The position numbers and the translations under genes are program-made. The notes below the pieces were generated by a model. The model did no database searches, had not been told where the DNA came from, and was given only the letters and a program-made list of their open reading frames with translations. Below, piece after piece: positions 27,819-37,864 of a DNA stretch of 64,000 nt (within the stretch, counting starts at the first letter, position 1; each line of letters opens with the position of its first letter). The DNA is from an uncultured delta proteobacterium (lineage in GTDB: Bacteria; Myxococcota_A; Polyangia; Polyangiales; Polyangiaceae): positions 704,001 to 768,000 of the forward strand of contig CAWJCS010000006.1 in NCBI GenBank assembly GCA_963841435.1, in the 5' to 3' direction.

Positions 27819-30122
27819 TCACGGGGTCGATGCTCGAGGTCTGCCGAATGCGACGAGCACGACGGTCAAGAGTCCGCCCATCATGCTCGTGAGGAGCATG
27901 AAGCGCCGGAGCGCCGACTCGCGCCCTTCGATCTCGATTCGGTGCGCTCCCCCGGGAGAGGTGACGGCAATCGTGTCGAACGCCGTGCGCTGGAACGGCA
28001 CTTCGCGGCCGTCGATCCGCACCGAGAGGTGCGAGCTGTACGCGTAGGCGAGCTCGAGGAAGCTCGGACTGCTCTCGTAGTCGATGCTCACGCGATTCGG
28101 CTCGGTCTTGACCCGTTGAACGCGCAGGGTCACGGGTCCGCCCAGCGTCTCGCCGTCGGCATCGATCACGAAAATGGCGGCAGCGCGCGCCGAGCTTCGG
28201 TCGAGCGCCAGCCCCTCGAGGAGCCGCGCCGTCTCCTCGAACGGTACTTCGCGGTGCTCGAACGAAGCTTTGAGCCCCCAGCCCTCCTGGCGCTGAATCT
28301 TGGGGGTGGCCACGCGGACGCGCCGCGGCGCCGCGATGACGACGGAGTGTTCGGCGAGGGAAAATGCCGAAAGGCCGCGCTCGAGCCCGAATCCGCCGCG
28401 CTTCTCCTCGAACACCTCCTCGGGGTCGCGGCCAATCTGCTCCTCGTGCAAAATCAGGCGCCGGACGCCGAGCACGTAGAAGCCGTCGAGCGTGCGCGGC
28501 CCGAATGGCTCGCGACGGTCGTAGTGTTCCTCGGCCCCACGCTGCGCTATCGCCATCCACATCGAGAGCCCGGGAGGAGCGACCTCGATGAGTGGTCCGA
28601 AGACCGTCTCGTGCTTGCCGAACAGGTACACGAAGCTCGGCCAGACCACACGCCGATCGGTCGGCAGGTTAACGACGCGCTCGCCGTCACCGGCGTGAAC
28701 GGTCGCGTAGAATCTTCGCAGGTAGTCGAAGCTCGGGTAGCCGAGCTGTGCGGTCATGGCGAGCGAGTCCAGGCAGGAGAGCGCGAGCACGACGACGCTC
28801 GTTCGCTTCGAGACGAGACGCTCCAGCTCGCGAAAGCCGAGGCCCGCGCCCGCGGCGATGCCGAAGAGCAACGCCGGGACGTGACGGGTGCTTTCCAGCA
28901 CCGCCGCGAACACCGTGAGCGCGAAGAACGTGGGGAGAGCGCGCTGTTTCCGCCGGACGTCGGCGCGAAGACCGAGAAGCGCCAGCACCACCATCCCGAG
29001 GCCGAGGTAGTGGATCGGTCGCTCCCGGAACGGCGCGGGCACGAGCGCCCACAAGAACTTGAGGCCAGGCGCATTCGTTCCCAACACCGCGGCCGCTTTC
29101 GACGACGCGCTCACCTCGACGATCTCCATGGCGAGCGGGATCGTCCAGAAGCTCGAGAGCAGCGCGCCGAGCGCGAAGGCGCCCGAAAGGCCCACGAGCG
29201 TCTCGCGGACTCGGCCGAGGTCGATGCCGCGGACGAGCGCGTAGACCGAGAAATCCACGAGCATGAACGCGCCGTCAACCTGATGGGTGAGCAACAAGAG
29301 GCAGCTCAGCACGCCGACGCACGCGGCGGTGAGTCTCGGCGTCAGTCGCCCCGAGAGCCTGAGCTCCCACACCCAGAACAAGAGCGGAACCAGGAGGTAG
29401 AGCAGCGACAGCTGGGTCCGCCCCGAAAACACCCGCCCGAAGTGGTCGAAGCAGAGGCCGTAGGCGAGGGCCGAGACGGCCGCGACACGCGAGTCCTTCG
29501 TCACGGTGCGGCTGTAGCCGAAGACGGCGGCCGCGGACCCCAGATGAAACACGAAGAACAGGAGCTTGTTGGCGAGGTTCAACCCGACGAGAAGACCGAG
29601 ACTTCCCGACACGAGCCAATAGAGCCAGCCGTAGTAGGCGTACGGCGCGCAGCCGAGGTACCAGTAAAAGCTCCAGTACGCGCTCTTGCCGCTCGCGAGC
29701 ACGTCCATGAAGTGAGCGGTGAGCGCCTGGAACTGCCAGGCGTCCCGCAGCATGACGTCGCCGCGCGCGAGGTAGGGCAGGCCGGCAAGCGCAACGACCG
29801 AGAGCGGAACGATCCACGCGCGGCCGCGCTCGTCCAGCGCGCTCCAGATGGTTTTGAACCTTCCGCTGAGGCCGAGCCCCACGAAGATCAGTGCGGCGGC
29901 CATCGCGACGAGCAAGAGGGCGCGGTCGCCACCGGGCAGGCAGGCCGCCGTCGTGGTCACGAGTGACGCGGAGTCCGCCCTGACCCCGACGTGCTCGATG
30001 ATGCACGAGCGGAGCGGAGGCATGCGCTCGAGCTGCAGGTAGGCGATGTCGAGGGCGAGCACGCCTCCGCTCAGGGCGTGGACCGTGGCCAGCGTCCTCG
30101 ACGGTTCTTCCAGCGCTTTCAA
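27819..30122 (-). CDS. Polytopic membrane protein, PTPS-related/YfhO-like (GT-C-fold glycosyltransferase-like)
   Basis: RDAWQF...WSFYWYLGCAPYAYYG in the first loop, many TM segments, C-terminal LELAYAYS...RIDGREV...PGGAHRIEI plus final TM helix. Confidence 0.6.
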   Translation of the reverse strand: MKALEEPSRTLATVHALSGGVLALDIAYLQLERMPPLRSCIIEHVGVRADSASLVTTTAACLPGGDRALLLVAMAAALIFVGLGLSGRFKTIWSALDERGRAWIVPLSVVALAGLPYLARGDVMLRDAWQFQALTAHFMDVLASGKSAYWSFYWYLGCAPYAYYGWLYWLVSGSLGLLVGLNLANKLLFFVFHLGSAAAVFGYSRTVTKDSRVAAVSALAYGLCFDHFGRVFSGRTQLSLLYLLVPLLFWVWELRLSGRLTPRLTAACVGVLSCLLLLTHQVDGAFMLVDFSVYALVRGIDLGRVRETLVGLSGAFALGALLSSFWTIPLAMEIVEVSASSKAAAVLGTNAPGLKFLWALVPAPFRERPIHYLGLGMVVLALLGLRADVRRKQRALPTFFALTVFAAVLESTRHVPALLFGIAAGAGLGFRELERLVSKRTSVVVLALSCLDSLAMTAQLGYPSFDYLRRFYATVHAGDGERVVNLPTDRRVVWPSFVYLFGKHETVFGPLIEVAPPGLSMWMAIAQRGAEEHYDRREPFGPRTLDGFYVLGVRRLILHEEQIGRDPEEVFEEKRGGFGLERGLSAFSLAEHSVVIAAPRRVRVATPKIQRQEGWGLKASFEHREVPFEETARLLEGLALDRSSARAAAIFVIDADGETLGGPVTLRVQRVKTEPNRVSIDYESSPSFLELAYAYSSHLSVRIDGREVPFQRTAFDTIAVTSPGGAHRIEIEGRESALRRFMLLTSMMGGLLTVVLVAFGRPRASTP

Positions 30123-30281
30123 AGATTTCTCGCCCCAATCCGCCTCACGAATCCTTGCGAGGCTCGCGTTCGTATCATCCGGCGCCCGCCGGACAAAGTG
30201 GTGGGTCGGGTGGCACCGAAGACCTGCGCGCGGGCACGAACCGCGCTAAATTTCCGACCCCTCTGCCCCCGAGTGACAACG

Positions 30282-31100
30282 ATGGAACCCTCGCGCCCAA
30301 ACGCCGCCCTTCGAGCCGCCCTCCGGGTTCCGCTCTTCGCCACGGCCGTGGGGCTCGTCGGGGCTTGTGGGGCCCCAGCGGAGCCAAGCGCCCCGACGTT
30401 CGGCGGCCAGGGCGCGGTGATCGACCCCGGGGCCGCTGCCGGTCGCGTCGAGGCCAGCTCCGCGCCCGCGGACCCCTGTGCCGAACCCGCGCCCGAAAGC
30501 GAGGACGTGCGCGTCGAGGACTTCGAGGACGGCGACAATCGTCTGTTCGGAGGGTTCGAGCGCGAGGGCTACTGGTACTCGGCCACCGACCACACGCCGG
30601 GCGCGACGGTCTTCCCGCCGGCCGGCACCTTCCAGCCTTCCAAGCTCGCCGAGGGTGAAGCGACGCTCGAAAACCAGCTCGCCGCCCACTTCACGGCGGA
30701 GGGTGAGAAGGACTGGGGCGTGACGTGGGGCACGACGCTGCGCCACGTCGGTCCCGCATCGAAATGCGCGTTCAACGTCGGGAAGTTCGCCGGCCTCCGG
30801 TTCCGCGCGCGAGGCAAGGGCTCCGTCAGTCTCCGCTTCGGCATGCCCGACACCGTCGCGGCGGAGTACGGAGGCCGCTGCGTCGAGCGCTGCTGGGACT
30901 TGCACGGCACGATCATCCACCTGTCGGACGACTGGCGGGTGCGCGAGGTCCGCTGGGACCAGCTTCAGCAGGGCGGCTGGGGCAAATCGGTTCGCTTCGA
31001 TCCGAGGCGGATCCTCGGCATCGAGTTTGCGGCCTCGCCGAAGTATTTGCCGGCCGATTTCTGGGTCAACGACTTTAGTTGGATCGTCGCCGGCGAGTGA
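30282..31100 (+). CDS. Lipoprotein with CBM11/CIA30-like galactose-binding-fold domain
   Basis: Lipobox VGAC; VEDFEDGD, GYWYSATD, FAGLRFRARG, LQQGGWG, DFWVND. Confidence 0.7.
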   Translation: MEPSRPNAALRAALRVPLFATAVGLVGACGAPAEPSAPTFGGQGAVIDPGAAAGRVEASSAPADPCAEPAPESEDVRVEDFEDGDNRLFGGFEREGYWYSATDHTPGATVFPPAGTFQPSKLAEGEATLENQLAAHFTAEGEKDWGVTWGTTLRHVGPASKCAFNVGKFAGLRFRARGKGSVSLRFGMPDTVAAEYGGRCVERCWDLHGTIIHLSDDWRVREVRWDQLQQGGWGKSVRFDPRRILGIEFAASPKYLPADFWVNDFSWIVAGE

Positions 31101-32737
31101 TGGCCATGGGGTTCGGTCGGCGCTTTCGCGGGCTTTTCGTGGCGGGCGCCGTGGTCTCTTGCGCCGTCCTTTCGGGCTGCGCCGCGTTGCCGGCGCGTCA
31201 CGCTCCCATGGAAGCGCTGCTTTCGACGCGCCTGCGGCGACTCAGTAACGTCGAGTACGAGCGCAGCGCCGACGCGTTGCTCGGACTCGACGAAGCGATC
31301 CGCGACGAGCTCCCGCCGGACGAGCGACAGGACGGTTACGCCATCAACGAGCGGCAGGCCGTCCCGTCGTACTACCTGAGCGAGCTTTCGCGCGTGGCCG
31401 ACCGCTTGTCGGACGAGGCCGTGGCTCGGCGCCTGCCGAAGCTCGTCCCGTGCCCCGAAAGCGACGCACCGCGATCGATCTGCGTCGACCGCGCGCTCGA
31501 AAAGCTCGCCTTCGACGCCTTTCGGCGCCCGCCGACGGCACTCGAGCGGTCGGCGTTGCAGAAGCTGTTCGAGCGAGCCGCAAAAGATCCCGATCCCGCA
31601 GGAGCCCACGAGGCTCCGCGCGCGCGCGGCACGCGCGCCGTGCTTTCCACGCTGCTCGCTTCGCCCAGCATGCTTTACCTGAGCGAGCTCGGTGACACGG
31701 CGGCTTTGGGTGACGTAGCGACGCTCACCCCCTACGAGATCGCGAGCAGCCTCGCCTATGCCGTCACGGGCGGGCCGCCCGACGCCGAGCTGCTTGCCGC
31801 CGCCGCCGACCCGGGCCTGCTGTTCGACCCGCGGGCCCGCGAGGCGCAAGCGCGCCGTCTGCTCTCGCTGTCCTCGACCCGTCACCACTTTCGCGAGTTC
31901 GTGCTCGAGTGGCTCGAGGTCGACCAGCTCGAGCGCACGGCCAAGGCCGTCACCCTGGTCCCGGACTACGACGAGGTGAAGAGTCACATGCTCGCGGAGA
32001 CCCGAGCCTTCGTCAACGAGGTCATGGTGTACGGCGGAGCGTCGCTTGCGAGCCTGCTCGCGGCGGGGTTCACCTCGCTCGACGCCACGCTGGCGGCTTT
32101 CTACGGCATCCCGGGCTTCGAGGGTCCGCGCGTGAGCCTCGCGCGGCAGGGGCGCGTGGGCGTGCTCGAGCAGGCGAGCTTCCTCGCGGCGCACGCCTAC
32201 GAAGACGTGACGAGTCCCGTCAAGCGCGGCGACTTCGTGCTGCGGCGCGTGCTGTGCGTCGATCTACCTCGGCCCGGTGAGGTCGGTATCGACACGACCA
32301 TGCCCCCTCGCGACGACTCGACGACGACCCGGGCGCGCTTTGCCGCGCACACGAGCTCGCCGGATTGCCGGTCGTGCCACGCCGCGATCGATCCGCTGGG
32401 ATTCAGCTTCGAAGGGTTCGACGCTGCGGGGCGCCGGCGGACGCAAGAGCAGGGGCACCCGATCATGACGGGCGGCGAAGTCACGCTTTTTGGCAGGAAA
32501 TTTCACTTCGAGAACAGCGCCGAGCTCTCGACCGAGCTCGCGCGGCTGCCCGAGGCACGCAGCTGTTTCGCGAAGCACGCCTTGCGCTACCTCACGGGTC
32601 GCCGCTCGGCCGCCGCGGAAGACTGGTTCGGCGAGCTCATCGACACGCTCCCCGAAACCCGGCGGGACAGTCTTCTCGAGTGGGTCGTTGCCTGGGTACG
32701 GAGCCCTGAGTTCGTGCTGCGGAGGCGACCGTCTTGA
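31100..32737 (+). CDS. DUF1592/DUF1588 (PSD/PSCyt) domain lipoprotein with one CXXCH heme-c motif
   Basis: LRRLSNVEY, AFRRP, LASPSMLY, LTPYEIASSLAY..PPD, TSPVKRG, CRSCH..IDPLGFSFE; lipobox LSGC. Confidence 0.88.
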   Translation: MAMGFGRRFRGLFVAGAVVSCAVLSGCAALPARHAPMEALLSTRLRRLSNVEYERSADALLGLDEAIRDELPPDERQDGYAINERQAVPSYYLSELSRVADRLSDEAVARRLPKLVPCPESDAPRSICVDRALEKLAFDAFRRPPTALERSALQKLFERAAKDPDPAGAHEAPRARGTRAVLSTLLASPSMLYLSELGDTAALGDVATLTPYEIASSLAYAVTGGPPDAELLAAAADPGLLFDPRAREAQARRLLSLSSTRHHFREFVLEWLEVDQLERTAKAVTLVPDYDEVKSHMLAETRAFVNEVMVYGGASLASLLAAGFTSLDATLAAFYGIPGFEGPRVSLARQGRVGVLEQASFLAAHAYEDVTSPVKRGDFVLRRVLCVDLPRPGEVGIDTTMPPRDDSTTTRARFAAHTSSPDCRSCHAAIDPLGFSFEGFDAAGRRRTQEQGHPIMTGGEVTLFGRKFHFENSAELSTELARLPEARSCFAKHALRYLTGRRSAAAEDWFGELIDTLPETRRDSLLEWVVAWVRSPEFVLRRRPS

Positions 32738-34080
32738 GCTCGGCTCGTCGTCGTTTCCTGCTCGCGCTCGGTGCCGCGCTCTTGCCCCGCGAGGCCTGGG
32801 CGGACGCCCCGGCGCCCGTGGCGCCCTCGGGTGCTCGGGCCGCTTCGGCCACACGTTTCGTCGCGGTGTACATGCCGCACGGGCGCGCGGCCGAGCTGTT
32901 TCTCCCCCGTCCCGGCTTCGTCCTCGACTACGAGGACTCGAGCCTTGCGCCCCTCGACGACCCCGAGCACTACGGCCGCTCGTTTCGCAACGAACTGGTC
33001 GTCATCGACGGTCTCGACCTGGCAGCGGGCTTCTTGACCGGCAACGTGGGACACGACGCGCCGCGCGTGCTCTTCACGGGCGCGGGCGCGAACGGCAAGA
33101 ACGCCTCGCTCGATCAGTTTCTCGCCGTCAACCAGCGCCTCGGTCGGGCGACGCCATTGCCGAGCCTCGTCCTCGCCGTGGGCAACGACGACCGGGGCCC
33201 GTCGAGCTCGGTCAGTTACGGTCGCGGTGGCGTCCCGCTCCCCAAGCTGATCCATCCCGCGGCGACCTTCGACGCGCTCTTCGGCGCTGCCCTCGTGGGG
33301 TCCCCGGAGGCCGCGGCGGCCCGGCGTCGGCGCGCCATGAGCGCGCTGGATTTCCAGGGCGCCGAGCTCCGCCGTTTGCGGGCGCTCGCGCCGGCAGCCG
33401 AGCGAGAAAAGCTCGAGCACCACCAGACCGCGCTGCGCGACCTCGAGCGGCGCCTGGAACCGCTCGACGCATCGTGCGCGCCGCCTCGGGTGACGCGCGA
33501 AGCGTTCCCGCGCTACCGCGCCTACGGGGGTGGCGAGCCGTACTTCGACGCCATCACCGATCTGCAGCTCGAGCTCCTCGTGCGCGGGTTCGCGTGCGAC
33601 ATCACGCGCTTCGCGACGATCATGCTCGCCGACCTCTCGCGCACCGGCCTCGATCCGGCGCTGCCGAACGACGTGCACCAGGACGTTGCGCATCGCTACG
33701 TCGCTCGCGACGACACGCGCCCCGGTGACCCCGCGACGTGGCGAGCGCTCGCGCGGCAGAACCGCTACAGCATCTCCAAGGTTGCGCGCCTTCTTGCCCT
33801 GCTCGATCGACAGGGACTGGGCGGTGACACGCTCGTCCTCGCGAGCTCCGACATGGGCGATCCGGCGCGCCACAGCTCGCGCTCGGTGCCGACGCTCCTC
33901 TTCGGCGGGGGTGTGCGCGGCGGGCGGCTCGTCGCGCTCGACGATCGCGAGCGCGTGACCGCACAGCGCCTTTTCCCGAACAACCGCTTGCTCGCTCGGC
34001 TCTGCCATTGCTTCGGCGTGATGGTGACTCGCTTCGGCGACTCGATCCCCGAGATCAACGAAGGCGTGCTCGAGATCTGA
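32734..34080 (+). CDS. DUF1552 (HXXSH) domain protein with Tat signal
   Basis: SARRRFLL Tat motif; YMPHG, SLDQ, FDALF, EREKLEHH, FACDITR, HQDVAH; overlaps the stop of the DUF1592 gene. Confidence 0.88.
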   Translation: MSSARRRFLLALGAALLPREAWADAPAPVAPSGARAASATRFVAVYMPHGRAAELFLPRPGFVLDYEDSSLAPLDDPEHYGRSFRNELVVIDGLDLAAGFLTGNVGHDAPRVLFTGAGANGKNASLDQFLAVNQRLGRATPLPSLVLAVGNDDRGPSSSVSYGRGGVPLPKLIHPAATFDALFGAALVGSPEAAAARRRRAMSALDFQGAELRRLRALAPAAEREKLEHHQTALRDLERRLEPLDASCAPPRVTREAFPRYRAYGGGEPYFDAITDLQLELLVRGFACDITRFATIMLADLSRTGLDPALPNDVHQDVAHRYVARDDTRPGDPATWRALARQNRYSISKVARLLALLDRQGLGGDTLVLASSDMGDPARHSSRSVPTLLFGGGVRGGRLVALDDRERVTAQRLFPNNRLLARLCHCFGVMVTRFGDSIPEINEGVLEI

Positions 34081-34131
34081 GCGGGCGGTCACGCTCGGCC
34101 GGCGCCTTTCGTCGTGCTAGAAGATCGGACG

Positions 34132-35280
34132 ATGGCACGGCGCTTGGCTTTCATCCTTTGGCCTTTGTGTGCGCTCGGCGCCAGCGGATGGGGCTGCTCG
34201 CCCTCGGCGTCGGGCAACGACCCTGGGGGCGGTGCAGCGGGCGGGGCCGGCGGTGCAGCGGGCGCGGCGGGTGGCGCCGCCGGTAGCGCTGCAGGCTCGC
34301 TCGCGGGCGGCGCCGGTGTCGGAGGCGCGGGCGGCATGGGCGCGACGGGTGGCACGAGTGGCCTCGGCGGGGCGGGTGGTAGCGGTGACGCGGGTGCGGG
34401 CGGTCAGGCCGCCGGCGGCGCGGGTGTCGGAGGTGGAGGTGGCATCGGTGGCGACGCGGGCACCGCTGGCGCCGGCGCTGGTGCAGGCGGCGATGTCTCC
34501 GGCGCGAGCGGGTCGGGTGGCGTGGCTGCGAGCGGCGGAACGAGTGGGGGCGCGGGCAACGCCGGCACGTCGGGCACGGGGGGCGCGCCGGCGGACCCGT
34601 GCGACATCAGCGGCAAGATCCTGTGCGAGGATTTCGAATCGGAGGCGCTTGGCTCGCTGCCCAGCGACGCTCCCTTCGCAGCGCGCAACTGCTTCGACAC
34701 GACCAACACCCTGAAGGTCGATGCTGGAGCGCACCATGGTGGCTCGCAGGCGCTGCTCGGCATGAACATCCCCTACGCTGACTGCCAGGTGCACGCGGAT
34801 CTCGGTGCCTCGCTCACCGAATATTGGGTGCGCGCCTGGGTCTACTACGGCGGCGCCGCGCCCACGGCTTCGACGCACGAGGTGACCGTTTTCGAGCTCG
34901 TTCCCGCGGCCAGCACGGACGATCCGTCGATTCGCGTCGGCTACCGGGGAGATACCTGCATGCCGATCGGCGTCGAGCTCAACATCACGGGCGGGGGGCA
35001 GGAAGAAACGGGCTGCACCGGCGCCGTTCCCGTGGCGGACACCTGGTACTGCTACGTCCTGCACGTGCAGCAGGCATCGAGCAGCGTCACGACCGACCTC
35101 TCGATCGACGGCGTCGATCAGTCGTACACGAACCACGGCAACCCTCAGACGGAGATCACCTCGCAGGTGGCCAATGTCCGCTACTTGCGGCTCGGCCCGC
35201 GCTCGTACTCCGGCAACTTCGCGAACCCGATCTACGTGGACGACGTTGCCGTGGCGACCGCGCCGCTCACGTGCGACTGA
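34132..35280 (+). CDS. Lipoprotein with Gly-rich linker and concanavalin/Cip1-like beta-sandwich domain
   Basis: Lipobox GWGC; CEDFES, HGGSQAL, YWVRAWVY, DTWYC, IYVDDVAVA. Confidence 0.65.
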   Translation: MARRLAFILWPLCALGASGWGCSPSASGNDPGGGAAGGAGGAAGAAGGAAGSAAGSLAGGAGVGGAGGMGATGGTSGLGGAGGSGDAGAGGQAAGGAGVGGGGGIGGDAGTAGAGAGAGGDVSGASGSGGVAASGGTSGGAGNAGTSGTGGAPADPCDISGKILCEDFESEALGSLPSDAPFAARNCFDTTNTLKVDAGAHHGGSQALLGMNIPYADCQVHADLGASLTEYWVRAWVYYGGAAPTASTHEVTVFELVPAASTDDPSIRVGYRGDTCMPIGVELNITGGGQEETGCTGAVPVADTWYCYVLHVQQASSSVTTDLSIDGVDQSYTNHGNPQTEITSQVANVRYLRLGPRSYSGNFANPIYVDDVAVATAPLTCD

Positions 35281-35373
35281 CTCGCCCTTTTCGCCACACC
35301 CAACGCTCCCCACAGCAAAAGGGGCGCGCCTCAGCCGAAGACGAAAAGTCGTCGATCTGCGGTCAGGGGCGAA

Positions 35374-35398
35374 TTTTCCACCTGGGTTGCGTGAAAAA
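35374..35398. promoter_or_regulatory. Imperfect AT-rich inverted repeat TTTTCCAC-N9-GTGAAAAA, candidate operator
   Basis: 7/8 inverted match in a GC-rich genome, about 150 bp upstream of a putative DNA-binding protein gene. Confidence 0.35.
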
Positions 35399-35550
35399 CC
35401 TCGCCGGTCTTGCGAAATGACGACAGGCCCCCGGGTTTAGGGGCGGCGGCCCATACGCAGCGGCCGGTGCGGGCATTCCTTTTGCGACTCCCCGAGCATC
35501 CCCGCGCCGCGGGGTTTCGGTGCGAGCCGCCTGCTCGGAAGCCGCCACGC

Positions 35551-36546
35551 GTGAACGCTCAGATTCTCATCGACGCCTTGGTGCGCCAGACGATGGTTCT
35601 CCTCGCCCAACTCTCCACTGCAGACGGCGTCCGCTCGCCGCTTTCGCACATCGCCGACGAAGTGTTCGTCGGGCTCGTGCGCGAGCTCGAGCGACAGAAG
35701 CTCGGCAAGAAGGTGATCGCCGACATGTTCGGCCTGGCGCTGCGCTCCTACCAGCAGAAGGTGCAGCGCCTGAGCGAGTCGGTAACGAGCCGCGGCATCA
35801 CCCTCTGGGGTGCCGTTCACGCGTTCCTCGCCGAGCGAGAATCCGCGAGCCGGGGCGAGGTGCTCGGCCACTTCAAGCACGACGAGCAGGGCAAGGTCCG
35901 CAGCATCCTGAACGACCTGGTCGACACCGGGCTCGTTCGTCGGAGCGGGCGCGGGCGCGATATCCGTTACCGCGTGGCGACTGCCGAAGAGCTCGAAGAG
36001 CTCGGCGCGAGCGAGGCGGGCGATTCCGAGGCGACGAACGCCGCGCTCGTGTGGGTGCACCTCTATCCCGCGAGTCCGATGAAAGTGCAGCGTCTCGCTG
36101 AGGTGGTCGGGCTGTCCGACGCCGCATTCGAGGACGCCATCGAGCTACTCGTGGCGGACGAACGCATTAGGCTCGAGACCCGCCCCGACGGTACGTACTG
36201 CGTCACGGACCGCTGCTTGATCCCGGTCGGGGAAGCGGCGGGCTGGGAAGCGGCGGTCGTGGATCACCATCGCGCCGTGCTCAACGCGCTCGCGGCAAAG
36301 GTCGTCAACGGCAAGCACGTCTCCGCGGCCGCCGATCAGGTCGGAGGGACCACGTTGACGTTCGACCTCTGGCCCGGCCATCCGCGTGAGCCGCAGGTAC
36401 AACGTCTACTCGCTGCGGTGCGGAGCCAGGTCATCCCGTTGTGGGACGAGGTGGCGGCCTACAACCGCCAGCACAGGCCCGACAACAGCTACACCGTCAC
36501 GTTTTATTGCGGACAAAACCTCACGGAGGAGATCCCGGACCCATGA
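35551..36546 (+). CDS. Putative multi-HTH DNA-binding protein of unknown family
   Basis: N-terminal KKVIADMFGLALRSYQQKV (HTH-like) and two winged-helix-like segments (ILNDLVDTGLVRRSG; AIELLVADERIR). Confidence 0.6.
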   Translation: MNAQILIDALVRQTMVLLAQLSTADGVRSPLSHIADEVFVGLVRELERQKLGKKVIADMFGLALRSYQQKVQRLSESVTSRGITLWGAVHAFLAERESASRGEVLGHFKHDEQGKVRSILNDLVDTGLVRRSGRGRDIRYRVATAEELEELGASEAGDSEATNAALVWVHLYPASPMKVQRLAEVVGLSDAAFEDAIELLVADERIRLETRPDGTYCVTDRCLIPVGEAAGWEAAVVDHHRAVLNALAAKVVNGKHVSAAADQVGGTTLTFDLWPGHPREPQVQRLLAAVRSQVIPLWDEVAAYNRQHRPDNSYTVTFYCGQNLTEEIPDP

Positions 36547-36659
36547 ACCACCCGAAGCACTACTACGGAGTGCCGTCGCCGCTCGGTTGCATCGAGCTTG
36601 GCTGCGAGCCCTCGTTTACCGACACCGCTGACAGTCAGACCAACTGGCTCCGCGCATGA
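36543..36659 (+). pseudogene. Truncated/degenerate lipoprotein remnant coupled to the upstream gene
   Basis: ATGA overlap; MNHPKH..LGCIELGC-EPSFTDTADSQTNWLRA*; decayed signal peptide, stops after 38 aa. Confidence 0.4.
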
Positions 36660-36754
36660 TCCGCGGCGCCGTGCGTGCCCGCCCTGGGGGCCGCATTAGG
36701 CCGTCGTTCCCCGCGCCCGGCTAGCCGTCCTCACGCGCCGGACGGCGCAGCGGC

Positions 36755-37816
36755 TCACTCACAGGGCTCGAGAATCGAGATCGACCACGGCGCGGGGTTG
36801 TTGCAGGCCTTCGTGCAAAAGAGCGCGACGACCCAGGTACCGTCGGCGTCCACACCGGGAAATGTCGCGTCGTTCTCGTCCAGAAGCGCCCCGAGGTCGA
36901 TGCTCGTGCCGGCCGTCACCGGCCCCGACCACCAGCCGTCTGCGAATCCCTCGAGGTCGAGGAAGCGTGCTTCGAGCTCGGAAAGCGAATCGGTCGGGAA
37001 GTGCGCGACGACGGCTTCGGTGACCTGGGTCGGCAGGTACTCGTTGCCGAGCGCGGTCTCGGTCATTTGGCTCCAGTCGATCGTCAGCGAGGGCTCGGCC
37101 GCGGGGACGGCAATCGGCTCGATGCGCCCCAGATCGATGGTGTAGTCGAGGGTCGTCGAATCGTTCGTGAGGGCGAGCGCCGTCTGGCTCGCGTTCGGAT
37201 CGATGGTGAAGAGCGAGAGCATTCTCGCGCCCTTGCCGAGCTCCGTGCCCGTGCTCCCCATGATCATGAAGGTGTGCTGGTCCTGGGGGTACTCGAAGTC
37301 GGGGTTGTTCGTGTCGAAGCGCTTCCAGATTTCCGTTTCGTCGGGGAGCGGATTGCCGAGTAGCCCGAAGCCGAGCAGATTGAGCGACGTGTACGACCCG
37401 TCGGGGTAGGTCATGATCGCGCCCTCGCTGGCGCTTCGCTCGAGCATGTCGTGATCCAGGCTCTGTTCGATCTCGTCGGGGGTCAGGTTCCAGAGCGAGA
37501 TCAGGACCAGGTCGATGTCAACGGCGGGGTCCATCGACTTCCCGAAGAAGTCTCGCGTGAGGCCGCCCCAATCGAACGTGAGATCGGTGGCGTCCTTCAG
37601 CGTCGTCCGCTCGATGCTCATCGAGGTCGAGAACGTATAATTCCCCTGGTCGTGAATCGAAAACTGGACGGGGCCGGGGCCGCACGCCGTGGGCACGGGC
37701 GGGTTGCCCGGGCTCGGCTCGTCGGTGCCGCCACACGCGAGCGCGAGGAGTGAAAGGAGCGCGAAGCTCAGGGGTCGTTTCTGGGTCGCCCTCGCGGGCC
37801 GCTCGGTCGCGCTCAT
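36755..37816 (-). CDS. Hypothetical acidic lipoprotein
   Basis: Lipobox ALAC; GAGGAG RBS; strong codon bias; C-terminal FCTKACNNPAPW. Confidence 0.8.
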   Translation of the reverse strand: MSATERPARATQKRPLSFALLSLLALACGGTDEPSPGNPPVPTACGPGPVQFSIHDQGNYTFSTSMSIERTTLKDATDLTFDWGGLTRDFFGKSMDPAVDIDLVLISLWNLTPDEIEQSLDHDMLERSASEGAIMTYPDGSYTSLNLLGFGLLGNPLPDETEIWKRFDTNNPDFEYPQDQHTFMIMGSTGTELGKGARMLSLFTIDPNASQTALALTNDSTTLDYTIDLGRIEPIAVPAAEPSLTIDWSQMTETALGNEYLPTQVTEAVVAHFPTDSLSELEARFLDLEGFADGWWSGPVTAGTSIDLGALLDENDATFPGVDADGTWVVALFCTKACNNPAPWSISILEPCE

Positions 37817-37864
37817 GTTCTCCTCGAAGCTTGCTCGTCGCCTGCGTTGCTCGGCACGAAGAGC

